From the NCBI RefSeq assembly GCF_006345805.1, contig NC_043022.1, positions 6,138,001 through 6,202,000 on the forward strand: DNA of 64,000 nucleotides, read 5' to 3'. Every line of letters starts with the position of its first letter. The stretch's first letter is position 1. This stretch comes from Octopus sinensis. Lineage: Eukaryota. The notes beneath the pieces are model-generated. The model saw nothing but the letters and a program-made list of their open reading frames with translations. It ran no database searches and was not told the origin of the DNA. Shown piece by piece: positions 1 to 13,593 of the stretch. Position numbers and translations under genes: made by a program.

Positions 1-405
1 ACAGGAGTGGCTGAGTGGTAAGTAGCTTGCTTACCAACCACATGATTCTGGGTTCAGTCCCACTGCGTGGCACCTTCGGCCAGTGTCTTCTACTATGGCC
101 CTAAGCTGAACAAACCCTTGTGAGTGTATTTGGTCGACAAAAACTGAAAGATGCCTATCGTATATCTATCTATCTATATATATATATATATATGTATGTA
201 TGGTGTGTGTATGTATGGTGTGTGTATGTTTGTGTGTCTGTGTTTCTCCCACCACCAATGTTGTGTGTTTATGTCCCTGTAACTTAGCGGTTCAGCAAAA
301 GAGACCGATAGAATAAGTACTAGGCTTACAAAGAATAAGTCTTGGGGTCGATTTATTCAACTAATGGCAGTGCCCCAGCATGGCCGCAGTCAAATGACTG
401 AAACA

Positions 406-436
<31 letters not shown>

Positions 437-440
437 CGTC

Positions 441-464
<24 letters not shown>

Positions 465-478
<14 letters not shown>

Positions 479-1732
479 ATACATATATATAATCTTTATG
501 TTCTGAGTTTTTAATTTTCCTGCTTGTACACCCAAACCCTACATTAGAAGCTTTTAAGTGTAATTGCTGTTGTGTTTTTTGTTCCTAGGTTTTCTATTTG
601 ATGGTCATTATATTTTACTCATTATCGTTATTGCTATCATTATTATTATTATTATTAATACTATTATTATTATCATTATTATTATGTCACTGTTGTCTTT
701 ATTTCGCTCAGCTTCTATCTGGTTTGCAAACTTTAAATTTAGAACCAGGTCAGATATGTTTAGAGCAAACTAACAACCCACTTCACAAAGACAGAGAAAA
801 AAAGAAAGAATAATAGCAATCTAGATGTCTTTTTTTTGTTGTTTTTGTCTATTTCTTTTTTCCTTTTTTTTTTTGTCGTTTTGATTTTTTGTTATGTCAC
901 GGGTTTTCTTAAGCATGTGGAAAAACATTGCTCTTGTTTTCCTATATTCCCAGTAGAAAGTGGGACAAAACTGGTCACTGTTTATTTTCCCCCCCGTCAT
1001 GCATATATTTATATCGCAGTGCTCCAGCATGGCGACATTACAGTGACTGAAGTAAGTCATGTCAGATCTATGGCTTTTTGGGAATATATATGTATATATA
1101 TATATATATAATATATATATATATACATATATATATAATCTTTATGTTCTGAGTTTTTAATTTTCCTGCTTGTACACCCAAACCCTACATTAGAAGCTTT
1201 TAAGTGTAATTGCTGTTGTGTTTTTTGTTCCTAGGTTTTCTATTTGATGGTCATTATATTTTACTCATTATCGTTATTGCTATCATTATTATTATTATTA
1301 TTAATACTATTATTATTATCATTATTATTATGTCACTGTTGTCTTTATTTCGCTCAGCTTCTATCTGGTTTGCAAACTTTAAATTTAGAACCAGGTCAGA
1401 TATGTTTAGAGCAAACTAACAACCCACTTCACAAAGACAGAGAAAAAAAGAAAGAATAATAGCAATCTAGATGTCTTTTTTTTGTTGTTTTTGTCTATTT
1501 CTTTTTTCCTTTTTTTTTTTGTCGTTTTGATTTTTTGTTATGTCACGGGTTTTCTTAAGCATGTGGAAAAACATTGCTCTTGTTTTCCTATATTCCCAGT
1601 AGAAAGTGGGACAAAACTGGTCACTGTTTATTTTCCCCCCCGTCATGCATATATTTATATCGCAGTGCTCCAGCATGGCGACATTACAGTGACTGAAGTA
1701 AGTCATGTCAGATCTATGGCTTTTTGGGAATA

Positions 1733-1760
<28 letters not shown>
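465..1760. repeat. Tandem duplication, 646-bp unit x2
   Basis: Identical ORFs at offset 646 (564/1210, 821/1467). Breakpoints lie in (TA)n. Confidence 0.95.
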
Positions 1761-1763
<3 letters not shown>

Positions 1764-3028
1764 GGAAATTGCGGATGTGCTACCAGTGCCGGTGGCATGT
1801 CAAAACTCTGCTTGTGAAGACCCGTTGAGGCAAGTGACGATCAGAATCGAAATCGATCAATGGAAATTGCAGATGTGTTACCAGTGCCGGTGGCATGTAA
1901 GAGAACTTTCCGTTTCGCGACCGTTGCCAGCACCGCCCCGTTTCGTGTCCGTTGCCAGCCTCGCCTGGCCCTCGTGCCGGTGGCACATAAAAAGCACCAT
2001 CCGTTCGTGGCCGTTTGCCAGCTCTGTCTGGCACCAGTGCGGGTGGCACGTAAAAAGCACCCACTACACTCACGGAGTGGTTGGCGTTAGGAAGGGCATC
2101 CAGCCGTAGAAACACTGCCAGATTTGACTGGGCCTGATGAAGCCTTCTGGCTTCACAGACCCCAGTAGAACCGTCCAACCCATGCTAGCATGGAAAACGG
2201 ACGCTAAACGATGATGATGATGATGATGATATATATACACACACACATACACACACATATGCACACATACATACAATTATGTATATATGTTTATATATAC
2301 ATACACATACATACAATTATGTATGTTTATATATATATATATATGTATGTTTATATATATATATATATATGTATGTTATATATATATATATTATATATAT
2401 ATATATATATATGGAAATTGCGGATGTGCTACCAGTGCCGGTGGCATGTCAAAACTCTGCTTGTGAAGACCCGTTGAGGCAAGTGACGATCAGAATCGAA
2501 ATCGATCAATGGAAATTGCAGATGTGTTACCAGTGCCGGTGGCATGTAAGAGAACTTTCCGTTTCGCGACCGTTGCCAGCACCGCCCCGTTTCGTGTCCG
2601 TTGCCAGCCTCGCCTGGCCCTCGTGCCGGTGGCACATAAAAAGCACCATCCGTTCGTGGCCGTTTGCCAGCTCTGTCTGGCACCAGTGCGGGTGGCACGT
2701 AAAAAGCACCCACTACACTCACGGAGTGGTTGGCGTTAGAAGGGCATCCAGCCGTAGAAACACTGCCAGATTTGACTGGGCCTGATGAAGCCTTCTGGCT
2801 TCACAGACCCCAGTAGAACCGTCCAACCCATGCTAGCATGGAAAACGGACGCTAAACGATGATGATGATGATGATGATATATATACACACACACATACAC
2901 ACACATATGCACACATACATACAATTATGTATATATGTTTATATATACATACACATACATACAATTATGTATGTTTATATATATATATATATGTATGTTT
3001 ATATATATATATATATGTATGTTTATAT

Positions 3029-3059
<31 letters not shown>

Positions 3060-3060
3060 G
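1745..3060. repeat. Tandem duplication, ~648-bp unit x2, containing a SINE-like element with a (GAT)n tail
   Basis: Identical ORFs at offsets 649/648, with one 1-bp indel (ttaggaaggg vs ttagaaggg). Confidence 0.95.
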
Positions 3061-3169
3061 CACACAATTATGTATATTAGATCTGGCATTGATTCCTCTA
3101 AATCATCCTTCATATGAAAGTAAAACAATAAATATTTAGACTGTTCAATCACCATTTGGTTATTGATTT

Positions 3170-3538
3170 TTACCTCTCTCTTAGCGAAGGTGGAGGTATT
3201 GTTTTCAGTTGTGTTTGTTTGTTTGTCCAAAGACAAGATATCTCAAGAACTGCGGGATGGATTCGGATGAAACTTTCAGGGATGTCTGACCTCGTGACTG
3301 GCATGAACTGATTAGATTTTGGGATCAATCTGGTACCGGACAAGGATTCTGGATTATTTTTCTTGTCTTTTTTTACTTAATTTTTTGAGAGTGATCGGGT
3401 TCATTTTTAGTATTCTCATTTGTGAGAGCAGTCGAGTTTATTTCAGATATTCTCATTTCAAAAATCATCTCCATCTAATTGTTGAGAGGACGTTGGTGTT
3501 GCCTTGGCAGAGGTTTTGTGCTCTGGAAGTGCTCTTGT
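3170..3538 (+). mobile_element. Non-autonomous interspersed element (Helentron/DINE-1-like); second, interrupted copy at ~23940-24760
   Basis: The two copies share ccttagcgaag...gtattgttttcagttgtgtttg...ttggc(a/g)gaggttt...gtgctcttg, with subterminal inverted repeats and a 3' hairpin. The classification is tentative. Confidence 0.55.
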
Positions 3539-4261
3539 TTTGTTTTTGTTTTTTTCACACAGTTTTTAGAGAGGAATATCTTTGCATTCTTCCTGGGTTG
3601 AATCCTGACATTTAAATAAACTTTTTATTCTCTGAAACAGTCAGTTGCACGTTTATATTTATTCCTATTTTGGTATTCAGAAATCCTACACACAACCTGT
3701 TTCTCTGTTGCTGTTCATTTATGGCACTGGTTCCTGACCTTTGGTTCAGGAATTAGCTTCTGGTTAGAATTGTGTAAAAATGGCACCAAAACAAAAAAAT
3801 TTTTTAGTTTTTAAATATTTGTTAAAATGTAAAATGTCCAGCGATAGTGTTATAATTTAGAAAACTCGTTAAGATCTATAAGCACATTGGTTGTTATTTG
3901 ATTTCTTTTCTTAATATTTTCCCCAAACAACCACCTCTGTGTGTGTGTATTTAGCAGCTTTAACCACTTTCAAACCAACCCACCTGAGACCACCACTCCT
4001 CATTCTATGCTACTCTGTTTCAAAGCAATCTGAATTTTAAATCTTTTATCAAAATTTCATGTTAATTTATGTTCCAAATATCAAATTAATAATGACAAAA
4101 CCATTTTATTAAATTTTTCATTATTTCCAAAATTAAATCAAACAAAAGCTGTGTATTTCAACAGAAATATGGTAACAAAAGGGTTAAAGTGATCTAAACT
4201 AAAACCTTCCATTAAAATCTAATCTTAATTTATGTTCCAAACATCAGATTAAGAAGGATTA

Positions 4262-4485
4262 AGTCAGCAGCCATACATCTCCTTGTCTCAAAGCTTAAGC
4301 CAGGCAAGGGCAAGTTCATGCCATAAACGAATGGTGAAACCACAAATGGCTCAGGAACCGGTCCTAATCCTCAAGACCATCATATTCCTCACCGTGAGGA
4401 GGAGAGTTGATAACTGGGGCAATTCTAGAGCTTAATGCATGCAACCGAAGCCTTGATCGCAGAATGCACCTGAGCATCAAGCCAA
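4262..4485 (+). pseudogene. Degenerate 5' fragment of 18S rRNA
   Basis: Contains diverged copies of universal SSU 5' motifs in the correct order: cttgtctcaaagcttaagcca, ggtgaaaccacaaatggctca, gataactggggcaattctagagcttaatgcatgc. Flanked by aagaagg at 4251-4257 and 4486-4492 (possible TSD). Confidence 0.85.
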
Positions 4486-5211
4486 AAGAAGGGACAAAGT
4501 TATTCTACCAAATTCTTCGTTCTTTTCAACAGAAATATGGTAAGAAAAGGGTTGACGTGATCTAGATTAAAACCTTCAATTAAAATTTCATTTTCATTTA
4601 TGTATCAAACACCAGATTAAGAAGGACAAAGCTATTTCACTAAATTTTTTGTTATTTTCAAAATCGAAACAAAGGTAGTGCACATTACGAGAAGCAACAG
4701 GAGGAACAAAGGGTCAATAAAATAAAGTACCTGCTGGGTACTGGTACTTTATTTTTAGTCAGTAGTATCGACTCCACCCTCGAAACTGCTAACCTTTACC
4801 TCAGTCAGAAACCAACACCACCACCACCACCACCACCTTTGTTATGTTCATAACAGTTTCGTGTGAGTTGCTACTGCACCGTTGGGTGCACCTTCCACTC
4901 CTCCGTGTTCCTGTTTTGTGTGTGTGTGGGTGGGTGGGTGCACAGTATTGTGTTTTAAGGTGTGTGCAAGAGTGTTTCTATGCTCCTGGCTCCTGTTGTT
5001 TCTGGTGTTATTTTAGTGTAGAATTTGTGGTATGGCAGTCGGGCGGGTGAACTGCTGTACAATGTTATGTCTCAGGGTTGGGTGGCTGATATTACATTGT
5101 ATAGGTTTTGTTATATTGTTGGGTGGTAAGTGTGTACAATGAGATAACGTACTGGCAGGTGGATTCAGTTTTATATATATATATATATATACACACACAC
5201 ATGCACGCGCG

Positions 5212-5269
<58 letters not shown>

Positions 5270-5843
5270 CTTTTCATCGCATTTGATTTCTGTGTAAACA
5301 CGTTTTATGTAACCTGTCTTCATAATATCTCTTTCATCTGACACCCCTGCTGCAATTAAAACCCTCATCATCATCATCATTAATAATAATAATGTTGTTG
5401 TTGTGTTACTGTTGGCGGCAAGCTGGTAGAATTGTTAGGAGTGTCTCAGCTGTCTTTACATTCTGTGTTCAAATTCTGCCAAGGTCGATTTTACCTTTCT
5501 TTCAAAATCGATACAATAAGTACCAGTTGAGTACTGGGGTTGATATAATCGACTAAATCCCCACCCCAAAAAAAGTTGCTGGCCTTGTGCTAAAATTTGA
5601 AACCTTTATTATTACTATTATCATCATCATCATCATTAAGGGGGTGAGATGGCAGAATCATTAGCACACTGGACGAAATGCTTTCACCCATTGCTACGTT
5701 CTGAGTTCAAATCCTGCCAAGGTCGACTTTACCTTTCTTCGTTTTGGGGGTCGAAAAAATAAGTACTAGTGAACCACTGGGGTCAATTTAATCAACTAGG
5801 CTCTTCTCCCCAAACTTCAGACCTTAGGCCTTCAGTAGAAAGG

Positions 5844-5894
<51 letters not shown>

Positions 5895-6721
5895 GTTGTT
5901 GTTGTTGTTGGTGAGCTGGCAGAATTGTTAGCATGCCAGGCTAGATGCTCAGTGGCATTTTGTCCATCTTTACATTCTGAGTTCAAATCCTGCCACGGTC
6001 GACTTTACCTTTCTTCGTTTCGGGCCCTGATAAAATAAGTACCAGTTGAGTACCGGCCGGGGTCGATGTGATTGTCCGCCCAACAAAATCCAGGCCTTGA
6101 GTTAATAGGAGAAAGGATTGTTATTGCATTCTCTGACATTTGAATTACAGACAAGGAGCTTCGCAATTGCCAAGTTGACCTCCTTTATTTAGGCTGTGAT
6201 TATATTACAAGGTAATCGCATAACTGATGAGAATGTTATGTTAACGATGTCTGTTCACATAGCAACACAGCCAGCCGGCTTTACCTATGTACACCCTCCA
6301 CACACACAATCACACACAAATATATACTCTTACTCTTTTACTCTTTTACTTGTTTCAGTCATTTGACTGCAGCCATGCTGGAGCACCGCCTTTAATCGAG
6401 CAACTCGACCCCGGAACTTATTCTTTTGTAAGCCCAGTACTTATTCTATCGGTCTCTTTTGCCGAACCGCTAAGTAAGGGGGACATAAACACACCAGCAT
6501 CGGTTGTTAAGCAATGCTAGGGGGACAAACACACACACGCATATATATATATACATATATACAACGGGCTTCTTTCAGTTTCCGTCTACCAAATCCACTC
6601 ACAAGGCTTTGGTCGGCCCGAGGCTATAATAGAAGACACTTGCCCAAGGTGCCACGCTGTGAGACTGAACCCGGAACCATGTGGTTGGTAGACAAGCTAC
6701 TTCCAACACAGCCACTCCTGC

Positions 6722-6759
<38 letters not shown>

Positions 6760-7152
6760 GTATATGTATGTATACACACATACTATTCAGTGTACATGTT
6801 GTAGCATGGAAGGTAAAATTGATTATCTTTATGAAAAATACTTCAATCTTTTGCCTTTACAGCTTTAATGCTGTGCTGCTAATATTCAGTGTCAAGTACA
6901 TTGACGAAAGCTTCAATAAGAAAGGTGAAGTGTGAAATGGCGAGGAATTACTGTATATATGTGTGTGTGTGTGTGTGTTATGTTTTTATTTCCCACAAGG
7001 GGCTAAACATAGGAGGTACAGACAAGGACAGACAAAGGGATTAAGTCAATCACATCGACCCCAGTGTGTAACTGGTACTTAATTTATCGACCCCCGAAAG
7101 GATGAAAGGTGAAGTCGACCTCAGCGGAAATTGAACTCAGAATGTAACAGCA

Positions 7153-7408
7153 TCATGATCATCATCATTGTTCGACCATGGTCGAGACAATGGAATTTAC
7201 CAGGCTACGCCAGACTTCACGGTCCATCATGGCATTACGGAGGTCCTGTTGTTGGATGCCTGTATCCCTGGAGATTACATCAGGGTAGGAGAGTGTGCGC
7301 CCTCTGGTATTGTGAGTAGATGGCTTCCAGAGGAGAAGAGTAGAAATTACTTCTTTTTCAGCTCTACAACAATGTCCAGTAAACTGGACTCTCCTACCTT
7401 TCACAGCA
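7153..7408 (-). mobile_element. 5'-truncated RTE-clade LINE 3' end nested in a SINE
   Basis: Minus frame ...VQFTGHCCRAEKE...LLLWKP...RGR..SYPDVISRDTG...AMMDREVWR, followed by a (GAT)n tail. Direct repeat acagca at 7147-7152 and 7403-7408. Confidence 0.85.
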
Positions 7409-7695
7409 GATGAGAAACCGCTAAGCATTTTGCCCGGCATGCTAACGATTCTGCCAGCTTGCCATCTTGTGTGTTTGGTGTCTGTCCTCCACCACTGCTT
7501 GACAACTGGTGAGGGTGTGTGTTCACATAATAGATACTTAATAGTTCAGCAAAAGAGACTGATAAAATAAGCAATAGGCTTTAAAAAAATTAAATAAAAT
7601 AAGCACCAGGACCAGTTAGCTCAGTGCCCCAGCATGGCCGCAGTCAGAATGGCTGAAGCTAGTAAAAGACAGAAGCTACACAGATGGTGACTTAC

Positions 7696-7758
7696 CTTCC
7701 TGTTTGTAATCTTGCATCTTTTCATTCTTCAAGCTTCTCTCTCGGAAATCATCTTTTT
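7696..7758 (-). CDS. Candidate antisense 63-nt exon (KDDFRERSLKNEKMQDYKQE)
   Basis: On the minus strand, tctccctctaaaatag|...gaag|gtaagt gives a consensus donor and a symmetric phase 1/1 open exon. No partner exons were identified. Confidence 0.3.
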
Positions 7759-7767
7759 CTATTTTAG

Positions 7768-8852
7768 AGGGAGACATATTGAAGTGTTTCGGGGGGTTTT
7801 TGAGGGGATGAGATTGTCAAAGGAAGGGAGACATATTGAAGTGTTTCGGGGGTTTTTTTGAGGGGATGAGATTGTCAAAGGAAGGGAGACATATTGAAGT
7901 GTTTCGGGGGTTTTTTGAGGGGATGAGATTGTCAAAGGAAGGGAGACATATTGAAGTGTTTCGAGGGTTTTTTGAGGGGATGAGATTATCAAAGGAAGGG
8001 AGACATATTGAAGTGTTTCGGGGGTTTTTTGAGGGAATGAGATTATCAAAGGAAGGGAGACATATTGAAGTGTTTCAGGGTTTTTTTGAGGGAATGAGAT
8101 TATCAAAGGAAGGGAGACATATTGAAGTGTTTCGGGTGTTTTTTTGAGGGGATGAGATTATCAAAGGAAGGGAGACATATTGAAGTGTTTCGGGGTTTTT
8201 TTGAGGGGATGAGATTGTCAAAGGAAGGGAGACATATTGAAGTGTTTCGGGGTTTTTTTGAGGGGATGAGATTATCAAAGGAAGGGAGACATATTGAAGT
8301 GTTTCGGGGTTTTTTTGAGGGGATGAGATTGTCAAAGGAAGGGAGATATATTGAAGCGTTTCGGGGTTTTTTTGAGGGGATGAGATTGTCAAAGGAAGGG
8401 AGACATATTGAAGTGTTTCGGGGGTTTTTTGAGGGGATGAGATTATCAAAGGAAGGGAGACATATTGAAGTGTTTCGGGGGGTTTTTTTAGGGGATGAGA
8501 TTGTCAAAGGAAGGGAGACATATTGAAGTGTTTCGGGGGTTTTTTGAGGGGATGAGATTATCAAAGGAAGGGAGACATATTGAAGTGTTTCGGGGGTTTT
8601 TTGAGGGGATGAGATTATCAAAGGAAGGGAGACATATTGAAGTGTTTCGGGGGTTTTTTGAGGGGATGAGATTGTCAAAGGAAGGGAGACATATTGAAGT
8701 GTTTCGGGGTTTTTTTGAGGGGATGAGATTGTCAAAGGAAGGGAGATATATTGAAGTGTTTCGGGGTTTTTTTTAGGGGATGAGATTGTCAAAGGAAGAG
8801 ACATATTGAAGTGTTTCGGGGTTTTTTTTTGAGGGGATGAGATTGTCAAAGG
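7768..8852. repeat. Minisatellite, 57-bp unit, ~19 copies
   Basis: Unit gggagacatattgaagtgtttcggggtttttttgaggggatgagattgtcaaaggaa. Variation is mostly in the G/T runs. Confidence 0.97.
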
Positions 8853-9289
8853 ACAATGTGTTGTGTCATCGTTGATTGTTTAAAGTGATGACTTGAGGAA
8901 ACGGTAACTTGGTGGGCGCCAGGAATTTGGTGTCGTTTCAAAGTAGTCTTAGAATTCTGTTGAGTGTCGTCATCATCACAAGCATCAATTGAAGAAGACA
9001 GTGGAACAATTCTTAAAAGTAGACCTGATTACAAATGTACTTAGAAGATTGTTCTTCTAACGAGCTGTTTGAAAAGTATCTCACAAGGTCATCATTATAA
9101 AAATGACAAGAATTTCTAAAGAAGGAGCATAAATTAATGATGTCTGTTCTGACAAATCTAAGCATGACATTTTTCAGTTAGTTTTGTAAATTTTTGGTAA
9201 AATGCCTCCATAAAAAAAAAAAGGCATAAATCATAAGCCTTGTTGATAATAAATTGTATGTGCAAATTTGGTGTAATTTTCAGTTCTAA

Positions 9290-9622
9290 TCTCTCTCTAT
9301 ATAAACGGCAGTTTGTCTGTCTGCGTGTCTGTTAGGTTGTACCCTCACCCTGACCACGGCTTTCAACCGATTCTGATGAAACTTGACACACACATAGCCC
9401 AATGTCATAATTCAAAACTAACGCAGCGAAAGTTTTGAAAAGTTCCCCCAGTTCTGAAAAAGATCGATAAATTCGACATGGGGTCGACAATCAGAAACAC
9501 AAACCACAAAATTTACCATCATTTTCCCCCCATTTTTTTGCTATTTTTTGACTATAACTCTCTAAAAATGCTTTATAGTTATTTCCCTTACAAACCCGAG
9601 CAACGCCGGGCGATACTGCTAG
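9290..9622 (+). mobile_element. Non-autonomous Helitron
   Basis: A|TC 5' end, GC-rich hairpin cccgagcaacgccggg (9595-9610) about 12 nt before the CTAG|T 3' end, no TSD. Confidence 0.8.
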
Positions 9623-10200
9623 TACTTCATAAATCTGTCTTAAGAGGTCCTTAGTCATTCATTTCTTATTTAGATTAACCTTTATAATATCTGTCAATTT
9701 GTTGGAACTGGTTTAGTTCATTCCCAGGGAACATCAAGGGACTCATTTCTGTGGCAGTTTGAGTAGAGAAAGTTGGGTTATTTTAGGCTCCATCCCCCTT
9801 CTTGCCTCAGTGCAGGCCTGGGACTGGTTGGGCCAGATATCAACTTGGAATTTCAATATTTGGGGGAAAATCAATAACCCTAAAATCAATAACCCTAAAT
9901 TGGGACCCATTCCTGGTACTGTCTGCTGGATCGAAACGATTCTGAGGCTTGTGTAAGGCAGAATGGTCATCTCCTATTGTAACGAAGGAGGTCACTCCCC
10001 CGCTGCTTGAACTTCAGCTAGGATCTGGATTTTAGACAGGTGACAGGAAATAGGTTTTGGTTTTATCAAATATTAAGATACTTTTATATCCTTGAATTGG
10101 ATATATAATGCAACAAAGCAAGTGCGAAAGAAAGTATTTACACGATGCACTACACGAGCCTCAATGCTCTCTCAACCAACAGCTCAAAGTGAAGTAAAGT

Positions 10201-10248
10201 TTTGTCAGTGAACAGGTCATGGTTTCCAGGGCACAAAAATATTTTGAC
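10201..10248 (+). ncRNA. Decayed second copy of the G3/C8 hammerhead-like family
   Basis: tttgtca-gtgaaca-g-gtcat...-aaaa-atat-tt-tgaca, with downstream aaattaaatttaaatgttgaagtg shared with the 27.7 kb copy. Confidence 0.5.
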
Positions 10249-13200
10249 ACAAATTAAATTTAAATGTTGAAGTGAAACTAAGTTTTTTCTGTGTTCTTGA
10301 ATGGCTTACAAACATCTTCCATGCTGCAGTTTTTGTGTCAGCACATGGTCCTAGGTCAAGTCACTTGCTATGCAAGTACATCTCCACAATCACTCTCAGT
10401 TCTTTGTTTTATTACGAGTCAGTCCACCTTTAGTTTCTTGGGGTGGGGGCAGAATCCTTCCATGATAGATACTTAAGACATTGGATTGCAAAAGAGAATA
10501 CTTCTGTATGTTTTTGGTAATTTTTGTATCTGTTTTTCAAAGCTACCATGAGTTAAGTGAATATATTTTCATTGAGGCATTCTTTTACCCCCTGTTGTCC
10601 TTCCTATTGCTAACCCTTTCACTATCTTTTCAAATAAGGAATATCTCATTCCACATGTCTTCAAAGGTACAAATCCAGTGGATGGCTTGTTGAAAGGGAA
10701 ACAATATTGTTGCTTGTAGTTCTGTGGTTTCTGGAGAAGCACATACACACACACGGACACATATGCACATACACACACACGCATATACACATGATGATAA
10801 ACATCAATTAAAACTCAAAAAGTCCCTTGCACTGAGTTTGAGAAAACTCCCTTTCTAACTATTGCTTTTGGAAAAGTAACCAACCTGTAATTGGCCTGCT
10901 GGAAACCAGTAAACAACAGTGCTCTTCTTCGTTAATTGCAGTGTGTAATTAAAATAATTTAATAAACTTGTCGATTAATACAATTACCACAAGAGATGTC
11001 TTTCTTCGTGGACTATTGATCTCTGACTTCTCAGCTCAATGGAATCAACATTAATCCTCTTTCTCTCTCTCTTTCCTCTTGTAAATTAAAAGTATTTTAA
11101 CAAGATTACAACCTAATTACATTTCTCTTTCCCATTTTACCATTCCACTTGCTGTTCTCTCTTCAGGTTACTCCACCTCCTTCCCACATCTATGTTCTTT
11201 CAGTATTTCTATGAAATACCTCCTCCTCCTCCTCCTCCTCCCACCTGTTGCTGCTATTATCTTGTAATCTTTGTTCCATTCCTTGTTTTTCCAAAATATA
11301 ACAAGATGTTCCAAGATCTCTCCATATTTCTTCAACTTTACACTTAGCAGTTCTTTACTTTTATTTATTTATTCTTGTTTTTTAATCAAAGAAGATTTAT
11401 TTGTTGGTTCAATGTGAATTGGTAGAATCGTTAGGGGTCAGATTCAAGGTTCACTGATACTTTGTCCACATCTCGACATTGTGAGTTCAAATCCCATCGA
11501 AGTCAACTTTGCCTTACATCCTTTTTGGGGTTGATAAATAAGGTACTACCCTAGAACTGAGGTTCATCATTCTCTCTTTCTCCCTCCTTCTCTTACTCTC
11601 TTTCTTTCTCACTCTCTCTCTCTCCCCACCCAAGATCCAACCTTGAAACCTTGCACCATGCACATTCAGCTTGTGGTTGGATTGCATTGAAGTAATCACC
11701 TGTTGCAGGTGTGTGTGTGTGTTGAGTAAGGGTGCTGTGATGAATGAAAAAAGGCAGACAACTCACCCTGTTTTAATAAAATACAGATGATTTTAAACTT
11801 TATAAACTTGTCCCACAAAGCAAGAAGAATTGGAGGCTACAAACTTCATTTTGTTTTCCCATTAATAAAGAGGCGAGGAAGAGTCCCCCGTATTTGTTAG
11901 CAGCAGAACCACTAATTAAAAGGACACATACCTGTCAAATAATCAGACACTAGTTGCATATAAAGGAATTTGGTTGGTTAAGCAACTCCTGTATTCGCCA
12001 GTGTATATAAAACATGCTTTCCATATAAAAAAAAATTGCCCTTCGTTCACTGTGGGAGAATGAATGTCACAGACTATGGAACTGGATGAGCATAAGTCTG
12101 CTAGACACAAGGATTGTTGCTAATAATAAAATATTGGAAACCAGCCAAAATATCACAGCCTGTTTGCACAAACTTAGAGGAAAGTGTTTAAGGGTACACT
12201 GCTAGTTTACATGGGGATGTTATGTCGTCTCACTTCACCATCTTTCCTGTTGTACCTGGCCAACACCTGACGTGGGCCAAGTACATGGCACTGATATATA
12301 TATATATATATATATATAATAATGATATTAGGGAGTATTTATTTAACTATTATCATTAACCTGAAGATTGGCTATAATTTTAAATCGAATTTATTTCAAT
12401 TGAATTTAAACTCAATTGTAATTCGAATTTAATTGTAGCCATGAAACATATGTAGTGGTTTTACTTATTATATTATATATTTATCATTCATTTTATACTT
12501 TTTGAGATCTAGTTATAAGTTATATGTTTTATAAAAATATATATATTTGTTATTTATGTATTGGTTTATGTCTATCACTGTTTGAGTTGCATAATAGTGG
12601 TTTTATCTCTAATTTATATTTTATATATATATAGATAGATAGATATTGTTTTAGAAAACAAATCCAAAAGAAGTTCACTCTAAGATGTAGAGCAGTATGT
12701 ATTAAGAAGGGGGGAAGGTCCCTCCATATTTTAAGAAGTCATGGGCCAACAGGATTTTTGGGATCTGATGATATGCCATAAAGCTAAACCCTTTATGGAC
12801 AGGAAACCTAAGGTAGTCCCATGAACCAGCCTTCCCCATTTTTAATATTTATATATGTGTGTATATATAACAGGCTTCATTCAGTTTCTGTCTACTAAAT
12901 CCACTCACAATGTTTTGGTCAATGTGAGGCTATCGTAAAAGATACTTGCCTAAGGTGCCACGAAAGAAGACCGTGTGGTTGGAGTCAAACTTCCTTCCAC
13001 ACAGCCATGCCATATTCTTTCTAATTATCTCAATGAAAATCATCCAAAAGCGAGGAAACGGTATTAATAAACCATCATCCATCTGTTATTTGCAATGATG
13101 AATGGATGACAACAAAATTCAGTTATGAAATAGTATGGGGTTGGGGTGCATTTCATGCAGGAGGGTTTCTTATATTCCAGCAAATACAATAATAGCTGAA

Positions 13201-13593
13201 TGATCATCGTTAGAAGCTAACAATAAATCTAATTAAACATTTCTTTGATTTTTCCTTTTATTTTGTTTGTTGATTGTGCTTTTATTGAATTCATTGTCTT
13301 CGTTTCTTTTTGTCCTTCTCTCGTTTCCATTACGCTTTCATCTTCATTATAATATGTGTTCGCACTTAATTCAAGGTATTATTTTTAGAAAATACTCTCT
13401 GTTTGTGCATATATTTAATTACTTAGATTCACCTTTCTTCTTAATACAAAAAGTAAAGCAATTGACACGGATTCAGAATAACAAATAGCATTTATTTAAA
13501 ACTCACTTGTCACTCGCACTTTCCTTTGTCAAAGAAAATACATCAATAGACCAGTTTATAAAACAATACGTTTCCTCTCTGTCTCTGTCTCTC

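Noticed and set aside
954-1051. Exon-like AG...GTAAGT segment, duplicated at +646
   Set aside because: It includes decayed SINE tail sequence (gtgctccagcatggc...tgactgaa) and encodes nothing LIM-like.
4262-4485. Functional rRNA gene
   Set aside because: It is only about 220 nt, has substitutions in invariant motifs and has no rDNA context, so it is treated as a pseudogene fragment.
7768-8852. 57-bp array as a CRISPR array or a repetitive protein ORF
   Set aside because: The units are contiguous with no unique spacers, there are no cas genes, the context is eukaryotic, and homopolymer indels break the frames.
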